From: Chrysomallon squamiferum
Taxonomy: Eukaryota > Animalia > Mollusca
Assembly: GCA_012295275.1 (NCBI GenBank)
Contig: CM022670.1
Location: 26,846,001-26,910,000, forward strand
Length of the DNA stretch: 64,000 bases
Direction: 5' to 3'
Numbering within the stretch: position 1 is the stretch's first letter; every line of letters starts with the position of its first letter. Below are positions 24,986 through 37,100 of this stretch, piece after piece. The translations under genes and the position numbers were made by a program. The notes under the pieces are model-generated. The model saw only the letters and a list, made by a program, of their open reading frames with translations. It searched no databases and had not been told where the DNA came from.

Positions 24986-25926
24986 TTAACTATTTTTCAG
25001 ATTTTCAAATACGATCTTCACATCTTCAAATACCTGAAAATGAAAAAATTATCTACTTCAGTGTTTATATATGTAAAGATATTTACTTATATATGTATTT
25101 TTGAAAAAAGCCTATCCAAAATTTTTATTTTAAATTCCATTAAATAAACTTTGTCAATGAAAAGACAAAACTCTTATTTCAAAGTTGGTTTACAAAAATA
25201 ATTACATTAAATTTTTTCTTCAAAAATAATAAAAATGATCATTTAAGATATAACTAACTTTTTTCACTCCAATAACAGCAAACTAACACTTACAATATAT
25301 TCAAATGATAATGCAGATTAACATTAAATTTTGTGTAAAAAAAATCCCCACTGTTTTACTTAAATTACCTTAGATTCATCCTGTTCTGCACTAATTTCTG
25401 CAACTAAGTTCAGTGATTTATAGTGTTCAATAATTGGCATTGTTGACTTGTAATATGTATCAATCCTGCAACAGATACCAATATATTTTTTTAAATTATT
25501 GTGCTAAATGTCCTGTGAAATAAAAAGAATGGGAGAAATTTTTATTTTCATTTTCATTTTTTTTTTTTTAAGATATAGTTAATTATATTTCTGCTTTAAG
25601 AAATTAGTCTTTCCACTGACTTTCAAACAATTTTCGATGATTTGAAAAAGAAAGAATATATGGTAATATTATTATTATAATTTTAATGACAATCTTTTTT
25701 TTTTTGAGATAGCAACAACAAAGAACCTTAAAGAAAAAATTACCAAAAATTACCTTTTCTTCAAGCTTTCTTCATTGTCATCCATTCGACCACTTGTTTT
25801 TCCACGCTTTAAGCATCTGTCCACACATACCTGACATTAAACATGAAGATAATTATGTGTTTGGAAAATTTAAACTAAAAATCTGATTTAAGGATATTAA
25901 AATGATAGAGAGAGAGAGAGATCTAA

Positions 25927-25982
<56 letters not shown>

Positions 25983-28221
25983 TATTATTATTTGTAATTA
26001 AAATTTACGAAATATCCACAAAATATTTTCACAGTCATATATTTCCAAATTATTATCTGTTGTGGACAAAAAGTTAAGATATGATGGTTATATTTATATT
26101 TGTAGATAATGAAATAATTATTATCACCAATAAATACCAAATTATAAGTAGAATACAACAAATATCAATTTAAAATGAATACCTAACATCAAATACCATT
26201 TTATTATGAATACCTGATCCGGACATTTAAACAATAAAACACGCTGTATCCTTGCTACTTTGTCCATGGTTTCATTCCAACCATCTAAATTATCTTTGTT
26301 TCTTGGGAAGCCATCAATTAAGAAGTTGTGTTTTCCACTGTTCTCCATTGCCTGAATAAATAAATAAATAAATAAATAAATAACCACACACATTTATATA
26401 TATACATACACATATAAGTTATAAAATGGGTTTTAAAAGTATATCTAAATGGCTCTACCATTAAAAAAATGTATACATATATACTGTAGAATTATATAGT
26501 GTGATGATAGTCTAGTCTTTACTCTTTTAACTGTTTTCAAACAAAATATAAATCTGTCATATCTATCACAGTAATTCTGTGACCATACACAGGAAACATT
26601 CTAACTGCATTTAACTGACCTGAACCTGAATACAGTGGTACCTGTCTTGCAGCAACACATGTGGGGGGGGCAAGCAAAAGCTTTCCAACATTTCAGGTAT
26701 CCCCTCATCAGAGGATAAAAAATTACAGAAATTGTTTTAAAACATATTTACAATCTTTAATCACATGAACTACATCAGTAGGCCCAACAACTATATATTG
26801 TTGTGGCTGGGCATTGCCATTGCAAGTATCATGGTTTTCTCCTACAAATACAATTTTTAAAATATCCATTTAATTGATGGATGTAAATAAAACGTATTTT
26901 CCCTGTCATAAAATTCATAATAAGTATAATGTATATTTATGTTTTACACTCCCTACTTACATTGTCATATGCAGGAAACTGATGATGCCACCTTTAAAAA
27001 TATTGTATTAAGACTGATTGCTTAATAATTTTGTCATGCCACCTTCAGAAAACATCTGCTGATCTAAGGGACATATCCAGTGAAAAACAGTCAGAACTCA
27101 GAAAAGTATCTATACATTGTAAGTGGCCGCTAAAGACAGGTACCAATGTATATTCATTTGAAAATGATTTTACTTGTGACTAACAATCAGATACTTCCCA
27201 TGTCAAAACTCTTACCTTCCGAAGAAGTGCACACGTGATTTGCACTGGAACAATGGTCCCATTTCGTATATGAGAGTCTATCACTTTAGAGTATTCAGAA
27301 CCTTCTGTGTTTTGTTCTTTTCTCAGCAACTCTCCAGCAGAGAGATGAATATAACCAAATTCCTGCAGCAGATATTAAAATATTTATGTCAACATCTATA
27401 TACAGAAAACTATGTGGGGATGTCCAACTTTAAAAAAATAAAAACTCTTCTTAAAATTACTGTAACAGCTTAAACAATAAAACATAATATCACCTTAAAC
27501 ACAATATATGTTATAAATTATGTGCAAATTCATTTTTTTAAAAATAGTTTATCAATTAAAAAAATGTAACATTTTGGCAACATGTTAAAAGTTAATCATT
27601 TTAATAATTATATTTATAGTGTGAAAAGAAATATGTAAAAAAGGTAATAGGCTGACAGTGATATTTATACTGTTTTATTATTGTCAGTTACTGAATTCGA
27701 TACCTTAGTTAATTTATTTCAAAAGCTGGAGCAAAAGTATACTCGATTTAGGAAAATTAAAGCTACAGAATAAGGTATTTTACAAATATAAAATATATAT
27801 TGTTATGAATGCCAAATGCAAAATAATAACATTCTCATGATAAAATTAATAAATATTTTATGTATAAATAAAAACAATTTACTTTTAAATTTAATTCACT
27901 TAATTACTGATCCTCCTTACTGTCAGTTATTTTAAGAGATCAAGTTAATTAATACTGAAACAAAACTACGAATATATGTAAAAAAAAAAAATTAAAACGT
28001 TACCCGGAAATAATTTGACTTTCAGATGTTTGTTACCTAACTTAAAAAGAGGCAAATACAGTAGTGTAACCAGCTGATAAGTTATTTTATCATCGCTTCT
28101 TTGATGAAAAAAAAAAATAATAAATACAAATTACCTTTTGTATCAACTGACACTGCGTGCCTTTGCCTGCACCTGGCCCGCCAAGCACAAAAACAACATT
28201 ATATCTGGTATCAGTAGACAT
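24986..28221 (-). CDS. CMPK1: UMP-CMP kinase, 197 aa
   Basis: Exons 28135-28221, 27216-27362, 26214-26351, 25754-25830, 25369-25465 and 24986-25033 (594 nt, phases consistent). Motifs VVFVLGGPGAGKGTQC (P-loop), HLSAGELLR, FLIDGFPRN and RGKTSGRMDDNEESLKKR. Confidence 0.96.
25926..25992. repeat. (ATT)n microsatellite, preceded by a short (AG)n, in CMPK1 intron 3
   Basis: Seen directly; about 20 ATT units with one interruption. Confidence 0.9.
26633..27148. mobile_element. Tc1/mariner-pogo-type MITE in CMPK1 intron 2
   Basis: Left TIR CAGTGGTACCTGTCTT (26633-26648). The right end reverse-complements to CATTGGTACCTGTCTT (15/16 identical, similarity continuing to about 26 bp). Flanked by TA on both sides (26631-26632, 27149-27150). 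No coding capacity. Confidence 0.82.
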
Positions 28222-28731
28222 TGTACGAGAAGTATTCAAGGATGGTCTACATGTAATTAACAAATTAAAAGATTTCGTTTTGCCTTGGAGAATCCTGCTC
28301 CCTTGGCGGAAAAATATTTGAAATATGTTTGGAGAAATGTTGACCAAAAATGTATTCAATAAAAATTATTTGTATCACAAATATCCTTAAATAAAAACGT
28401 TCACAAATAAAAACTGTTATTTAAAATTCTCTGAGTCTGAAGTCACAAGGAATAAGAAACCGATTCGTCGGTGAGAACGACGAAAACCATCAGCTGACAC
28501 TCAAAGAGAAAAAACAGCTACAGAGTTGACAGTTAAACTAATAACCAAGCAAACAAGTCAACAACGACTTTACGTTAGATTATGTCCTCAACTTATAAAC
28601 AATCCAAAGATTTTACATATAATAATGATTTTCCCCTTTGCTCTGAAAAGCAGCATGTATGTGGCAAAATTATAGAACTTTAAAATATGAATTCTACACC
28701 GAAACGAAATATTATGATGATTGTTTTTCAA

Positions 28732-28732
<1 letters not shown>

Positions 28733-28771
<39 letters not shown>

Positions 28772-28783
28772 GTTGTTGTTGTT
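28733..28783. repeat. (TTA)n/(TTG)n microsatellite
   Basis: Seen directly. Confidence 0.85.
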
Positions 28784-29196
28784 TGAAAAGCTTATTTGCA
28801 AAAAGGGCTTACAGACCATTTATTTTCTTTAAAGAAAACGCCCCCCACCCCGAAAAAATAAAATAAATAAAAAATAAATAAATAAATAAAATAAAATAAG
28901 TAAATAAATAAATAAAATAATTAATTAAAAGTTTATAATTATGCCCTTTTGCACATCAATAAAAATCCAGTGGCCTTTTATTACTGAATGCCAGTGATTT
29001 TATAACTAATTAGGTTTGTCGTAATGAAACAATGGTTAATCATTATCCGTCGGTGCATCAGTGGCAGTTTTGCAAAAACGGATCTAAATAAATATGCACA
29101 ATTAGACAGCAGGCTGAATAAATAAAAAAATAAACATCATATATTACGTGAAATGTAACAAGCAATATTTACTTTACTCATTTTTAACAATTAAAT

Positions 29197-29198
<2 letters not shown>

Positions 29199-29227
<29 letters not shown>
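29199..29227. repeat. (AG)n microsatellite
   Basis: Seen directly; an (AAT)n run follows. Confidence 0.9.
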
Positions 29228-29230
<3 letters not shown>

Positions 29231-29321
29231 AAATTAAATTTATAATAATAATAATAATAATAATACATAAACAGTTTTGCTTGCGCTATATTATATTTAA
29301 TATAATATGCATGTTATAAAC

Positions 29322-29561
29322 CAGGGTTTCATGAAGCGGGTTTCGCACGTGCTATCGATATTCGGAGTATCAAGATTAATGATTAAATAAATCCAAATTT
29401 TATTCCCAATGTATTTCCTTATTACCTTTCAATATAACATATCCGTACAAATTAATGAAAAATAAACAATTAAAAAAAAAAAAAAAAAAAAAAAAAGGTT
29501 CTGAAGTTATTTCGCCCACTCTGTATGGGTTCCGTAAGTACAAAAGGTTTGAGAAACCGTT
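29322..29561. mobile_element. Degenerate hAT-type MITE between CMPK1 and STIL
   Basis: Starts CAGGGTTTC and ends GGTTTGAGAAACCGTT (7/9 match to the inverted left end). The 8-bp flanks TTATAAAC (29314-29321) and ATATAAAC (29562-29569) match at 7/8. Confidence 0.5.
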
Positions 29562-29893
29562 ATATAAACGATTCCTGCTGGATCATAAAATTTATTAATT
29601 TCTGATACTATTCACTACGATCCAAAATGCTTTTATTATATACTAAGTAGTGACGTTATGCTTATGATACGTATCTAAGCTACATAATGAATTGATGCAG
29701 AAATTTGTGCTGTCATGTGCAAATTAAATTTGGCAGAAGCAGGAGTTGTTATTAAATGATCGAAGAAAAAATAAATAAATAGTATTTGTGATGAATTATA
29801 AATATCTAAATCTTTTTAAATAATACCCAGAAAAATCAAGACTAACTATGAACCAAGATAATAATAAAACAACAACAAGAAAGACAACAACTT

Positions 29894-29894
<1 letters not shown>

Positions 29895-29933
<39 letters not shown>
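29895..29933. repeat. (AAT)n microsatellite
   Basis: Seen directly; a second (AAT)n tract lies at about 30646-30683. Confidence 0.9.
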
Positions 29934-29935
<2 letters not shown>

Positions 29936-30644
29936 TAATGTGATTGATAGACTATAAAGGAAAATGACTGATTCATTAAGCTTAAAAGTAGTACCAGAAA
30001 GTCGCTGCTGCGAAAGCCTTCCAGACATCTACCGGGTCGCGTTAATAATATAATTTTATTTTTAGACATATTAAGGCATTTGCAGTGAGTGGAAAATCAA
30101 TAATTTGCTTCCTTACAACAACACGGTTATTAATATTATATATTTATATTATTATTATTACTTCTTTTTTTTTAAATTATTATTATTGGAACTTTTTTTT
30201 TAATTCCAATGAATCATCGAAGAAAATTATTGTTAACAAATAAATATTCTTCAAAATCGAATTTGCAAAGTGTATTCAGATTGGTAAGATGGATACAGTT
30301 TACCATATCAAATCAGAAATAAAAAGAACATTGATCAACATTAAGGTTATGAATGCTAAACAGATTGCTCTTAAATACCAACAAATTATCAAATACATTT
30401 ACAGATATGTATTTACCTGTATATGAAAAATCATTTTCTGCTAAAAGGACAAAATATATCACCAAAAAAGGCGATATCGAGTTTCTTCTCTTATATGTTT
30501 AATACCCATTAACAGCTGGTATTAATATGTTCTGAGATGGACACCAAATATTCAGTCACTTATACATTCGTTTTGCTTACAGATAACAAATAAATGAAAG
30601 AAATGAATAAAATAATTGATAAAAAAAAATATTTAAATGTATAA

Positions 30645-30687
<43 letters not shown>

Positions 30688-31019
30688 GAACAATTGCTAG
30701 CATAGGTGTAAGATTAAAGGATTATTGCAATCTAACGTTATTATGCAAAACATAAAATACATTCTTTATCGCTGTTATTGTTACTTATCTGAGCGGCATG
30801 GGGTAATTTATTTACATTCTTTCCATAGAAATGTAAACGCCTGTACAATCCTTTGATTAACTAGTGCTGACTAGGACGTATTATTTTACTAAGGCAAATA
30901 CAGGTAAATAAGTGAAAATGTTACAGAATGTTTTAGTTATTTTCTTATTTGAAAAATATATACATATGAACTTATATCAACTACATAAAACACCAGTGTT
31001 GACATATTTAGTCATAATA

Positions 31020-31153
31020 GGGATTGGCTCATGAACACTAATTAAATAATGCAATCCTATTTCGATTAGAAAGTAAATATATAAATTTTACAATTTTCTG
31101 AATGAGCATGCGCAGAGGAATATGGTTTGAGTGCTAAGCGCCAATGTTTACAG
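31020..31153 (+). promoter_or_regulatory. Probable STIL promoter and non-coding first exon
   Basis: GATTGG (31022-31027), NRF1-like GAGCATGCGCA (31104-31114) and GCCAAT (31140-31145), then a strong donor CAG|GTATGT at 31153/31154, about 3 kb upstream of the STIL ATG. Confidence 0.5.
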
Positions 31154-33319
31154 GTATGTTTTTCGCACATCATTGTAGATTTTGCATTTATTTCACTACA
31201 GAAGTTAATATCTGATCTTAAGATTAAAATGAAATATATATGTATACTGGCACGATGTTATTTTACAAGTATAAAATTTACAGCTTTTTTTACAAACATT
31301 TTATTTTCAACAAACGCAAGGATTCACTTGACAAACTTTGCATTTGGAGTAGTTCTTTTGATTTTGTTGATATTTGACATGAAATTAATGTTTCTTTATT
31401 TGTATTTTAGTTAGTTCTTTAAAAATATAAATAATTTGTAGGCATTCATTGAATATTCTGTACATGAAAATGTATAGATCACGTAGTTACATGCAAGTAT
31501 GTCATCCGCGGGATCGAGCCAAAACATGTAGGGGCGTGTTTTGGAGGATCAATAGCCAATACTATTCAAGCTTTATTTATAGACCTAGTTACTGGGGCTT
31601 ATACCAGAACAGAAAAACAAGTGACTTGACATTCATCGAAATTTTATAAATCTCTTAAATAAGCATAAATCATTTGATCACTTAACAGTTTTGATTTTAA
31701 ATGACGTTTATTATGAAGGACAAATTAAATTACAAAAATCCGTCAACTTTCACCCGAATATAAAAATAAATAACACTGGAATTATAAACTTTTAAATTAT
31801 AAGAAGTTATATAATGATTATGATGTAAAAGAATTAGTTTAAAAAAACACAAACAATATAACTTTAAAATATTACTCAGTTTAAAATGTGTGTTGATAAA
31901 AGTGTAATAGAGAATAATTTACAACAGATGACAGATGTAATTTACTAATAAATTAATCATATTGAGTAATGAATTTTTGCCATGTGTATGAGCTGATAGC
32001 ATCTCTCTTGGAAGTTTAATGATTAATCACCAAAATGCCTAGTTTTCCTTTTTAATGACAGTTTTTGTAATGTTTGACATTTTTATACTGCTGATATTAA
32101 TGTCTGTTTCTGATGCACTTTTTAACTCTTTGATACAGTTCCCCACTTGATGTAGAGAAATAAAGAAATAAATAGAAACCCATCTCAAAACAAATGCACA
32201 AAATATTTTACACAACATGCACAAATATTTCATTTATTCTTTATTTATTTTAATTTCTGTTAGATTTTTGCCAGACAGTAATTTTCAGTTGCAGAAATAT
32301 ACCTTGCATTTCTTTTAAGTCTGTTAAAAGTATAATGCAGTCTGAATATTTTCAAAATGATTTGCATTCAACCATAACGTACAATGGTTATTAAAGAAGA
32401 CAAATAGCTATTTATTTGTTTTTTAAAACATGATGCTTATCTGAAACATATATACACATACAAAATAGTGAAGCAGTAATTTAGAAAGATAACTAAATAT
32501 TCAAAACATTTCAATTTTATATAGTTTCAGCACGAAACAGAAAAAGAAAATTGGGATTTATAAAACAAACCCCAAAACAACCCATAAACAAAGAACAGCA
32601 TTTTGTCCTCAGGTTATTATCTTTACTGGTGTATAAGTAATTCCTCCAATATTGCCTTGAAAATGAGTATGTTGTATTAATTATTGGTATTATTGGTTTG
32701 AGTAGTTTTAATAAAAACAATGCCAAATGTGTTGGATAGTAGCATGGGTAATTTCCATTAATTGGATGGTTTAAATTTGGCAGGATATGCTCAGGTTCTT
32801 AGCTGCCTTAGTATATTGAGTTTTGGATACAAAAAAAATGCTGCTTAATGAAAGAGTAAATTAAGATTTATGACACGACTTGCAACAGATTCTCTAATTT
32901 TTAATCTGTAATCTTTTTATATGTGGAGAAAAAATTAATTTAAGAAGATTGAGTACACACTACTTACTAGTATTTATTTAATGTATGATTCAGTAGAAAA
33001 TAAAATTTTACTTTCTTGAATTTCTTTGATTGTCACATAGTGTGTGTGTGGTTTTGTGGTTTGTGGGACATGTGTTGATATACACACACAATTCTAGTGT
33101 TGGCAGCCATCCTCCATGGGTAAATACACTTACAAACCTGATGCATTTTTTTTTTTTAGGCATAGTTATTTCACCCACTCTGTTGTCTTCTGTCTGTTGA
33201 TCATGTTAACTTTGATTCTGTAGCAGAGAAATAATAAGTAACATGATTCACTGCTGGTTAGTCATTCTTGATACTCTTGTTAGATTAGTTGCATTAAATC
33301 CATTGTGCATTACTCATTT

Positions 33320-33505
33320 ATCAAAGGCTACGGTATGTGCATTCCTGTCTGTGGGGAAAATATGTAAAAAATGTATTGTTGTTAAATAAAAAATATACAG
33401 AGCCAGCCACTTTCCTCTCTTAATATCCATATAGTCAATAACTGTATGCTGTGTAGTGTGTAGGTTAAAAATGAGTTCAGTGTGTTGTGAAATAAAACAT
33501 TTTCT
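33320..33505 (+). mobile_element. Decayed SINE-like repeat fragment in the STIL 5' intron
   Basis: TCAAAGGCTACGGTATGTGCATTCCTGTCTGTGGG...TTTCCTCTCT...AAATAAAACATTT resembles, from memory, the body and tail of an abundant gastropod SINE. A weakly matching inverted fragment occurs at about 45630-45710. Not checked against a repeat library. Confidence 0.45.
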
Positions 33506-34106
33506 GTCAGTTTTTTCAATACCCCCAAAATAGTATTTTATTTTTCATTAATAAGTTGAAGGCCAATAGTTTGATGGTCTAAATACAAATATTCTTTATC
33601 ATTTACTTCTGTTCACAATATTTGTTTCTTTTCATTAGAGACATTACAAAAGTTAACCTGAGAAAGATGGTGGCTAAATGCTACCATAAACTTATACATG
33701 ACTATCATTTTAAGTGTCAGTACAAACACTTGACTCCTTGGCCTGTCTTGGCTGTTGTCCTTGTCAGGTTTTCAGGCAGTTAGCATTTACATTATTGACA
33801 AACTCAGTTAACATGTACTGCTCAGTTAATAATAAAAAAAAAAAGAAAAAAAGAAAAGATATCAAGAAAGAAAGAAAAGAAACGGTCTTTTAATACAAGT
33901 AACAATGTATTCAAATTATTTGTTTGTTCTGTTCATAAATATCAGTCCATTTCTTTTAGGACCACCTGTTTTGGATCAGAAATACAATTTCAGTGCAGGT
34001 AAAGATATGCAGCACTACAAAATAAATTGAGAAAAAAATTCAGAAACAAAAATGAACTCATGGCATAAATGCTCACATACTTCTAATATTTCAGATATCT
34101 GTGCAG

Positions 34107-37100
34107 ATGGCTGTTCCAATCCGCTTGAAGAACATGCCTCAGCACATCCGAGCACAATATGGCTTTCCTTTCACAGGCATAGATAAAGCTATTCAGAGAG
34201 TTGAGGCCCAAGATAGAGCCATCAATGAGTTAGTAGATTTTTTTATCTGCTGTGTACAGAATAAATATATATGTTTTTGTTTTCCTAGACATTCACTAAA
34301 TGAAAAACTTTATTATTTGTTAATATTTATTACCCTTTAATAGCAGAAAGTTAACCAAAACCATGAAAACAAATGCAGAAGTTAAACAGAAATTACTATT
34401 AACAAATTTTGCCACGATATTTATAAATTAATTTTTAATAATGGTTATATTGTAATTGGCCTGTGTTTGTGTTTATTAGCACAGAAGACTTGGAGATGCT
34501 GAAATTTCCTAAAACAAAAGTTATCTTGTGGGATCACACAGCCACAGGACCCCCAGTCTTCTTACATGTAGCCCAGTACAGGTGAGAACCACATTATTAT
34601 TATAGTCTAAAAAATATTTTCTGAGGAAATTACAAAGAAATTGTAAAGATTACTTTAGTATTTGAGAGGAATAATTCATTTCATATTTTTATTGGTATCA
34701 AAAAAAAAAATAATAATAATAAAGAACAGTTATTAAAATACTATGGGATATTACATCTCAAAAATAGAGATATTAATGTGAATTTTTAAAATAAACTATG
34801 AAAATAGTAATTTGAATATGTGCTATGAATATAAAACATTTAATGTAATCATGTATATATTATATGTACTTTGCATCTGAACATGTCTTTAATTAATGTT
34901 GAGGATTTTAAGTTATTAATCATAATCCATACAAAATGATATAGTAATAAAAGTTGTATTTTGAAAACACTTCAATAAAACAGAGATATGTTGGTAATTC
35001 TTATTTATTTATTTATTTATTTATTTATAGTTTAATGTTTTTCATAAAATATATTATTACAGAAAGCCTCAGATATCAATCCCTGAAAAAGTTCTACGTC
35101 TTGCTCAGAGACACAGTGAGAATTATGGAAAATCATGGAATGGTGTTCTTATTGGAGCTCTGTGTGTTGATGATGGTAAATTATTTGTTTTCACATATTT
35201 TGTTTGCTTTTGTTTTCATTTCTGTTTTGAAAAACCCATATATAATCATAGTTTTGAAATTTTTACCAATATGGTTAGATCAGGCCTTATTAAGGTTGTT
35301 TACCAAATGTTAATTGTATGGTATTTATTATCTTCTGTCTGACTTTTGGACATTACCTTCCATTAGGATAGTTTCTATGATTTTTTTTTTGTCTAAAATT
35401 ATTTGAGCTATCAACAGAAAGGGTATAGTTTTTATTAATGATATTAATATTGTAATCGTTAAATATATAAAATATGAATTCTTTCAGATTGCGAAGGAGT
35501 GCGTTTTGAAATTGATCGCATTGATACTTCCCAAAAGAATTCTTCAATCTTAAACAGTTTGGCTCCTGGGGATGTGATGGTACCAGTCAAGGTAATATTT
35601 TATATAATTTATTATCTTCAGAAAGCATTTCATAAATTAATATCTTAAATAACATAATATAGATGTATACTAAGTTAATGCTAATAGATTTAAAGCCTAG
35701 ATTTATTTTTATTTGTTATCAATGAACAGCAAACATTTGTTTTGGCTTTAATTTATTTGATTTAGAGAAAAATAAATATGTTAATATTTTATATTTATAT
35801 ATTTTTGTTGAGTAATATGTATATGTGTTGGAAATAAAATAAAACTAATCAGACGGTCATATTTTTTCATTTTTGCTTCTAGGTTTCATTAAGTTCAGCT
35901 ACAGAAAGGTCAGGAACTGTTGAAGATTATACAAGTGCTTTAAAGGTTTTTATGTTTATTCTTTTCTTAGTTTTAAAATAATTACCACTTAATCATAATG
36001 TCGTTATATTTCTATTACATTTATAATTTTGCAAAACTTTTTTTTTCTTTTTAAATACTATATTCAAAATGTGGAATAACATACAGAAGACTCAGTTCAA
36101 ATAAATGTGCAAAAATAATTTTAGTGGAAAAAAATTGCATGAACAGAAGCAAAATGAAGTAGCTAGGTAACATATTGTTATAGCAATATATACTTAACTG
36201 AATTATTCATACTTTATTACATTAATACCTAATCTACTTGTTATTGTTACAAATTCTGATTCATTATTAACTGAGATAGTGGCTAATGTTTATTCTTCAC
36301 AGTCATTAGTAATTGAAATACTCTTTTTTTGTCACAGCTACTGAGAGACAGATGCCAGAGTAAAGACAGTGTACAACTTACAAACTTCCTTCTCACAAAG
36401 GGATGGTTTACTTTGTGCAGCTCTGGGGACAAATGTGTAGCACACATGGATTTTGATATTGTTATGGCAAAAACAGTTTTCAAAGTATATCCAGTGGCCA
36501 CAGTGCCCATTGTGCCAACAGCTCTTTCTAAGAACTTGGCCGGCCCAATGAGTTTAAGTCATGTGCAGGGTACACCGAAGAGTGGGTATGTTTGTACCTG
36601 GTTATAGTTTTGATTATTATTATTATTATTCTGTGGTTTTATTATTTGTTAACTTTTTGTTTGTGGTATCTGATATATTTGTGGTGGCATAGGATAACCA
36701 ATCGGATATTGCACAGTGTAATTTTGAGTAACAGCCTACTAATACATCCAATGTTTAATAGATCAATATTTTTTTCACCTTAAATATTATTGAAAACATC
36801 TTGACTGTCATGTCTAGACATGTTTTTTGCTGAAATCAGTCAATAAAATATGTTGTTTGTGTTTCTGTATGACCTTTCAAAATCTTAATTAATGAAATTA
36901 TGCTAAAACTATGCACTTATTTTGCCAATATTCATCTAAAATCTCTGACATCACAACCCCATGTATCGCATGTCACTGATCTGTAGAATGTGGTTCCATC
37001 AAAACCTCAGTTTTGGTAATTTTCACCATGTGACTGGTTACCTTATGCCACCACTCATATGATTTTTTGTTTTGGTTGTTTATTTTATGCAGAAATATTT

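Noticed and set aside
29842-30069. 75-aa minus-strand ORF between CMPK1 and STIL
   Set aside because: The poly-Ile run comes from an (ATT)n microsatellite; no splice or motif support.
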